Of a stretch of DNA of 64,000 nucleotides, positions 58,819 through 64,000 are shown one piece after another (positions within the stretch are counted from its first letter, which is position 1; the number at the start of each line of letters is the position of its first letter). The translations under genes were made by a program, and so were the position numbers. The notes under the pieces are model-generated. The model was not told the DNA's origin, did no database searches, and was given only the letters and a program-made list of their open reading frames with translations. Source of the stretch: Zestosphaera sp. (lineage in GTDB: Archaea > Thermoproteota > Thermoprotei_A > Sulfolobales > NBVN01); assembly GCA_038727705.1 (NCBI GenBank), contig JAVYVJ010000002.1:50012-114011 (forward strand), given 5' to 3'.

Positions 58819-60882
58819 GGATTCCAGAGATCCGCTGGACTCCCTGAGCAGTAGCTGAGCTACCTCCCTAGCGTACTTGCCGCTAGATTTAAGCATCACC
58901 ACCCTCTCCAGGAATTCAGTGAATCCGACGCCGCTCTTCCGTCTCCAGTCTTTAAAACACTCTATTAGGTTTAGGTATGCCTGGCTGTGGAATCTACATA
59001 ACCTCAGGCCTTCATGCGTGGACTCGCCAAGTCGTTTGCAGAGCATACAGGAATCGCTTTCGGCAGTGTTCAGACCTGCTAACCTTCTTAACTCACCTGC
59101 CGGTAGCCCGTCCTCCAGCAATTGCTTGACGTTGAGCAGCCTGGGCCTCAGCATCGACACTACCTCGCCTATCACGCCTGACCTGCTGAACCTACCCTCT
59201 ATTATCTTGCCAAGCTTCTCCTCAACTTTCCGGGTTAGCTGTACGCTCGAGAGTTCTGAGAATAGGTTGCCCGACGCGAGCGAGACCATGATACCTAAGT
59301 CCGTGATGTCCACCCCTGACGCAACCTGCTTCAAATACCCCCTCCTGAACAGGGTCTCTATAATCTCGGCCCTCGTGGCTTCCGTACCTATGCCGGACTT
59401 CTCCATCCACTCAAGCAGTGAGGACTTAGTGTATCTAGGCGGTGGCCTGCTGTACGTCTTAAGGACCTTGACCTCCAGCACCGGCACTTCGTCCCCGATC
59501 TTCAGGTTCAGAGCTCCTGAGGAATTGACCTTCCTATAGTCGTATATCCTCAACCATCCACTCCTCACCAGCTCCTGCACGCTCAGGGTGAACTCGTAGC
59601 TCAGGACCTTCAGAGTGTAGGTGGACCCCCTCAACACAGCATCATCGCTCAGTGTGGCCAGGTAACGCTTGACTATCATGTCGTAGACGATCCTGGTCCA
59701 GCCTTTAAGGGGATCTTTAGGGGTGTAGCCCGTCGGATGTATCGCCGGGTGTGCCGGATCCTCCTTGAAGCCCTCAACAGGTGTTAAGCGTGTCCTCCCT
59801 AGTAGCTCTAGAGCGTAATCTCTGTAGGGTGGCATTGAGGCAAGACCCCTCAACACCTGTCTGTGATTGAGAGTCTTAGGCAACTTCTGCGAGTTGGTGC
59901 GTGGGTAGCTAATGAGCTGATCTAGATACAACGCCTCAGCAATCCTCAACACCTCGGCCGGCGAGATCTTCGCGACCCTGTAGGCCTCGTACTGAAGGTC
60001 CGGCAGGTTGAACGGGGGGAGCGGTCTCAAACGCTCGACCTCAGACCTCACGTCAACCACACGTAACTTGCCGGCCTTCCTAATGGATGTGGCTACCCCC
60101 CTCGCCTCACCCTCGCTCAAGTCCATGCCGAAATCGCTTGACAGCGTGACCTTACTCCCCTTCGCATCGATGGTTACTGAGACGGAGAACTTGAGGGTAG
60201 GCACGAACGTCTCCCTCTCAACATGTCTCCGCAGGACCTCCATGAGCGTTGGTGTTTGAACTCTCCCAGCACTTAAGACTCTGAACCCGCCGAACACCTT
60301 CTTGTAGAAGGTCATCAGCGCCCTGCTTACGTTAATGCCCCATATCCAGTCCAGCTCATGCCTACATAAGCCGGCCTCAACCATCTCGGTGTCAAGGGGC
60401 TGCAGGTTCCTGAACGCGTTGCTTAACTCCTCAACAGTCAGTGAGGAGAACTTAGCCCTCTTGGTCCTGCTTAAATCACCGAAGTTCCTGATTATCAGGT
60501 ACCCTATCACGGAACCCTCTATATCGTAGTCGCAGGCGTTAACGTACTCGCAAGCCCCCCGCGCCAGGGACTTCAGGACCTCATAATACCTACGGGAGTA
60601 CCTACTCCCCCTTTCGACAGCCCACCTAGGAACCCACTGATAGTTGAAGACGGGGAAGCCGCCCTCCTCAGTGTCTAGGGAGAACATGTGCCCCACTGCC
60701 GGGGCCACTAGAACCCTGCGTCCGTTGAAGAAACCCTCCCACACTCTAACACCCTTAAACACTCTCCTACCCGACAGCTTCAGCGCCGTAGCTATCTTGT
60801 CAGCTGCCTTAGGCTTCTCCGCTACAATCAGGACGTAATCCCTGCTCTCCAACCTCATCCTTGAGATATCTTTCATAGCCAC
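58780..60882 (-). CDS. topA: Type IA DNA topoisomerase (archaeal TopA/Topo III)
   Basis: IVAEKPKAA (Toprim), NACDYDIEG, SAGRVQTPTL, LISYPRTNS (catalytic Tyr), AHPAIHPTG, GIGTEATR. Confidence 0.94.
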   Translation of the reverse strand: MAMKDISRMRLESRDYVLIVAEKPKAADKIATALKLSGRRVFKGVRVWEGFFNGRRVLVAPAVGHMFSLDTEEGGFPVFNYQWVPRWAVERGSRYSRRYYEVLKSLARGACEYVNACDYDIEGSVIGYLIIRNFGDLSRTKRAKFSSLTVEELSNAFRNLQPLDTEMVEAGLCRHELDWIWGINVSRALMTFYKKVFGGFRVLSAGRVQTPTLMEVLRRHVERETFVPTLKFSVSVTIDAKGSKVTLSSDFGMDLSEGEARGVATSIRKAGKLRVVDVRSEVERLRPLPPFNLPDLQYEAYRVAKISPAEVLRIAEALYLDQLISYPRTNSQKLPKTLNHRQVLRGLASMPPYRDYALELLGRTRLTPVEGFKEDPAHPAIHPTGYTPKDPLKGWTRIVYDMIVKRYLATLSDDAVLRGSTYTLKVLSYEFTLSVQELVRSGWLRIYDYRKVNSSGALNLKIGDEVPVLEVKVLKTYSRPPPRYTKSSLLEWMEKSGIGTEATRAEIIETLFRRGYLKQVASGVDITDLGIMVSLASGNLFSELSSVQLTRKVEEKLGKIIEGRFSRSGVIGEVVSMLRPRLLNVKQLLEDGLPAGELRRLAGLNTAESDSCMLCKRLGESTHEGLRLCRFHSQAYLNLIECFKDWRRKSGVGFTEFLERVVMLKSSGKYAREVAQLLLRESSGSLESLERPRPPSHDEG

Positions 60883-61018
60883 TTAATTTATAACGCGTAA
60901 GGCGTTAGAATGGCGTCACCTAGTTCATCCCTCAAGTATTGAGGGTCGAGCACAGGTTCTTGCAGCCATAACTTATTTGTCTTAATAACAGAATAACATG
61001 TGCTGAACAAGACCGTTT

Positions 61019-61398
61019 ATGGAGAGAGGTCGTCCGGTGGTCCCCAGGTACCGGGATTGGTTGAGGCAGTCTGAGAGGAACATGGCTTCGGCCTTAGCTA
61101 ATTATAGGGAGGGCCTGCATGAGGAGGTCTGTTATGAATCGCATCAGGCGGCTGAAAAGGCTTTGAGAGGGCTGCTTAATTATCTCCAAAAGAAAGGAGA
61201 GGACATTTCCTCCTGTTTCTAGCTCTCGAGACGGGACTTGAGATCCCAGAGGGGGTTAGGCAGTGTTTGCTGAACCTTGATAAACACTACATACCGTCAA
61301 GGTATCCGGACGTATATGATGAAGGTGCACCTCAAGACTACACTACACGAGGGAGGATTGTGGAGTGGGTGCTGAAGCATGCTGAGCGACCTAATTGA
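61019..61398 (+). pseudogene. HEPN-domain toxin, frameshifted
   Basis: WLRQSERN...CYESHQAAEKALRG; a shift near 61190 continues RRGH...LDKHYIPSRYPD to the TGA at 61398. Confidence 0.8.
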
Positions 61399-61675
61399 TA
61401 AGTATAGACGCTACACCCTGAAACTCGTGGCCCTCTTCGGGTCAAGGACGCGTGGCGACTACACGGACGACAGCGACATCGATCTCCTAGTCGTCGCTGA
61501 CGACCTCCCGAAGAACCCGAGGGAGGGGAGTACGTTCATCCTGGAGGTGCTTGAGGATGGGAAGATACTATACGCTGAAGAAGAATTCCTGAATGAAGTT
61601 ATGGACTCCTATAGGGATGTCAGGAAGAGGTACATAAGAAGGGGGAGGACATGGGTAAGACTTATTACCTCGTAG
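61379..61675 (+). CDS. Minimal nucleotidyltransferase (MNT) antitoxin, possibly internally deleted
   Basis: LFGSRTRGDY...SDIDLLVV; jumps directly from DLPKNPRE to GSTFILEVLEDG. Confidence 0.75.
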   Translation: MLSDLIDKYRRYTLKLVALFGSRTRGDYTDDSDIDLLVVADDLPKNPREGSTFILEVLEDGKILYAEEEFLNEVMDSYRDVRKRYIRRGRTWVRLITS

Positions 61676-61708
61676 CTGGGACAGCCGTTCAATCGGCTGA
61701 GTCCCCAG
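61676..61708. terminator. GC-rich hairpin immediately after MNT
   Basis: CTGGG-A-CAGCCG-TTCAAT-CGGCTG-AGTC-CCCAG inverted repeat. Confidence 0.4.
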
Positions 61709-61758
61709 TCTTTAAGGCATTATTTAAGGCTTCCTAACCTAAGGTATATTTTGGTGAA

Positions 61759-62439
61759 GTGATGAGGATTCTAATCATAGGCGGTGGAGCTGTGACCCAG
61801 GAATTGCTTAAGGCGTTCGACGTCGAGAGGGAGTTGAAGAAGAATGAGGTAATGGTTGTTGAGCAGGATCCTGAGACTGCTGAGGAGTTGAGTAAGTCGT
61901 TCGACGTCGTGGTGATTAGGGGTGATGCCAGAGACATATCGCTCTACGAGACTCAGATATCATCTCTAGTCCCTCTCAACGAGTTCGACGCCGTCTTGGC
62001 GTTGACGGATCGTGAGGAGGTTAACGTGTTCGTGCTGACTCTAGCAAGGCATTATGGCTCCGCCATAAGGCTGGCTAGGGTTAGGGACGTGAGGGTTGGC
62101 GAGGTTATCTCGAGGCTGGATTTAGGGATTCCCTTTATAGTCCCAGCTATAGTGGGCAACTTCATCAAGACGTACCTGCAGACGCTCCTGCAACCCAAGC
62201 TTCTCGGCGAAGTCGACGATTACAAGGTTTACTGCCTTACGGTCTCAGGCACCGATAAGGTTGTTAACAAGAGGATTGAGGAGCTTCAGCTACCTGAGGA
62301 CGTCAAGGTGCTCTTCATGTTCGACGGCATGAAACTCCGCATACCCGGCAAGGATGAGGTGGTTAGGGAGGGTCAGCTCCTCTACGTATTAGCTAAGACC
62401 TCTGACATCAACGTGATAACAGAGACCTTCAAAGGGTGA
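61759..62439 (+). CDS. TrkA-family potassium transport NAD-binding protein
   Basis: ILIIGGG Rossmann RCK_N domain, VIRGDA, ALTDREEVN, C-terminal RCK_C domain. Confidence 0.85.
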   Translation: MMRILIIGGGAVTQELLKAFDVERELKKNEVMVVEQDPETAEELSKSFDVVVIRGDARDISLYETQISSLVPLNEFDAVLALTDREEVNVFVLTLARHYGSAIRLARVRDVRVGEVISRLDLGIPFIVPAIVGNFIKTYLQTLLQPKLLGEVDDYKVYCLTVSGTDKVVNKRIEELQLPEDVKVLFMFDGMKLRIPGKDEVVREGQLLYVLAKTSDINVITETFKG

Positions 62440-62448
62440 GTTAAGGGC

Positions 62449-63261
62449 ATGGCCAATGGCCCCCAGGCAGACTTCTTGATCCCCATACCGTTCTCAATCC
62501 AGGAGATGCTGAGCATAATCATCCTAGTAGGGGTCGCCCTAGCGATTAGGTTCGTGTTCTCATGGGTGATTTCAGGCATTTCTAGGAGGGGCGTCATATC
62601 CGCGGGCACGAAGGCATTGGTCACGAGGATAGTGGACATAGCGATAGTCGTGATGATCCTCATAGGGGTTGTAGGCATTCTGACGGCCTCGCTAGTCCCG
62701 TACGTCGTGGTGTTCGTCATAGCGGTACTGTCGCTGCTGCTCTTCTATAATGAAGTTAGGGAGTTTTCAGCGTACATAAACATCCAGCTCATGAAGTTGA
62801 GGAGGAATCCGTGGGTAGAGATCTTCCTCCCAGGCATTGATAAACCCATAACCTGCAGGATCGTTGAGATCTCGCCCTTCAACACAACCCTTGAGGACGT
62901 CTTCGGGAACAAGATATACGTTCCGAACACCGTGCTATCAAACTCCGTCTACAGAGCCAGGCAACCGCACATAGTCCTCAGGATTGGACTCAGCGTGATC
63001 CACGGGCTGGCGAGCACCGGTAACTTCGACTGCAGTAGGCTCACGTCCACGATAAGTGAAATAGTTGGTGATATGCTCTTCAGGGTTGAGGCGGAGGGTA
63101 CCATCCTGAGGGTGATAGATCCTCAGAGGGCTGAAGTCATAGTGAGTCTAGTGCCGGCTAAGCTGCCAATAAGGGCCGTGGACGTAACCAGGCTGGTCTC
63201 TAAACTCTCAGGGGAGCTGAAAGACTATAAGCCGGAGATTGAGGTGGTCCGGATCGCGTGA
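62449..63261 (+). CDS. Small-conductance mechanosensitive channel (MscS family)
   Basis: Three N-terminal TM segments followed by IVEISPFNTTL...GNKIYVPN beta domain. Confidence 0.75.
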   Translation: MANGPQADFLIPIPFSIQEMLSIIILVGVALAIRFVFSWVISGISRRGVISAGTKALVTRIVDIAIVVMILIGVVGILTASLVPYVVVFVIAVLSLLLFYNEVREFSAYINIQLMKLRRNPWVEIFLPGIDKPITCRIVEISPFNTTLEDVFGNKIYVPNTVLSNSVYRARQPHIVLRIGLSVIHGLASTGNFDCSRLTSTISEIVGDMLFRVEAEGTILRVIDPQRAEVIVSLVPAKLPIRAVDVTRLVSKLSGELKDYKPEIEVVRIA

Positions 63262-63311
63262 GCCCGTCAGAGGGTCTCAGCCAGCCGCACAAAAGCCAGT
63301 GAGGAAAGCCG

Positions 63312-63902
63312 TTAGGGCGGAAGTCGTAGCTCCCCACCTACATTAGGAACTCTCCTCCTTAACTCGGTGTAGTGAAGCCCGCACATCCTGTAGTCCTTCC
63401 TATCGACCTCGGCTAGGCTGTTACTGAAGCTCATCACACACCTCCTTTCCCTGCAGTGCTCCAGCCCGAACACGTGGCCTAACTCGTGAACGACCTCCTT
63501 CCTAACCCTGGCTAAGAACAGGTCCCTGGAAGCCCAGGACCTTAGCCTGGTCACGTACACTGTAGCGGTGTTGAGGGCCGGCAACGCTAGACCAAAGATG
63601 AAGTTCAACGGCTCCACGTAAGCGTCGACGTTCAGGACTCCTACCACTATTGAACCGCTTACCAGCCTTAAAGTAGCTAGCCACTTCGCCACTAGGAACC
63701 CATCATACTGGCTCCTTAGCCGGTTGAGGTAATCCCTAGGTATTTCATCAACGCTTCTTGTCTTGACCTCCTCAGGGCTGAAGAGTCGTAGCACGTTCTT
63801 CGCTTCCCTTACAGCATCTGGATCCAGTCCGTGTGTGAACAGCTCGAAGACTAGGCCCCCGCTCAGGGTCGAACACACCATCCATTCCAAACCTAGCAAC
63901 AC
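63312..63902 (-). CDS. Archaemetzincin (peptidase M54)
   Basis: KEVVHELGHVFGLEHC...CVMSFSNS...VDRK...C. Confidence 0.92.
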   Translation of the reverse strand: MLLGLEWMVCSTLSGGLVFELFTHGLDPDAVREAKNVLRLFSPEEVKTRSVDEIPRDYLNRLRSQYDGFLVAKWLATLRLVSGSIVVGVLNVDAYVEPLNFIFGLALPALNTATVYVTRLRSWASRDLFLARVRKEVVHELGHVFGLEHCRERRCVMSFSNSLAEVDRKDYRMCGLHYTELRRRVPNVGGELRLPP

Positions 63903-64000
63903 AAGTTTTATATTGTACTTGGCATGACCGCTGACCGTTAATTAACGGCCGGCGTCACATTAATCGGTCGGTGGTTGAAGGTGGGGAGGCTAGGAGGACT

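Noticed and set aside
1-64000. CRISPR array, rRNA, intact IS/transposase
   Set aside because: No regularly spaced repeats, rRNA-like sequence or transposase motifs were seen.

Overview
Archaeal window. The gene set (Cren7-like protein, Csl4-DUF2067-RpoL-TFS, TFE, an intron-containing tRNA, TATA/BRE promoters) points to Thermoprotei, probably Desulfurococcales-like. An intact core (exosome/RNAP genes, rpl3-rpl4-rpl23-rpl2, AlaX, TFE-Trm56-HflX-MBF1, TopA, signal peptidase) alternates with accessory blocks. These are: a partial GlmL/MutL-like gene at the left edge; amino-acid/peptide scavenging genes (SSS, TRAP, two M20, M55, amidohydrolase, nitrilase); an oxygen-detoxification cluster (Prx, FprA, Rbr-VIT1, SOR-like); and sugar catabolism (MFS, GH1, GH4, GalT, divergent GalK-like kinase). 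Three tRNAs are present: Thr-CGT, Gln-TTG with a 13-nt intron, and Val-GAC. The most striking structure is tRNA-Val, which is overlapped on both strands by two different integrase N-terminal fragments, with its TATA box inside one of them. It sits next to a decaying defence/integrated region (type IIG R-M gene lacking a clean start, BrxL-like relic, 958-aa surface protein, archaeal ATPase, MTase/argH deletion chimera). Many accessory genes carry single-base frameshifts, while the core genes are intact. All homology calls come from motif recognition and recall. No database search was run.
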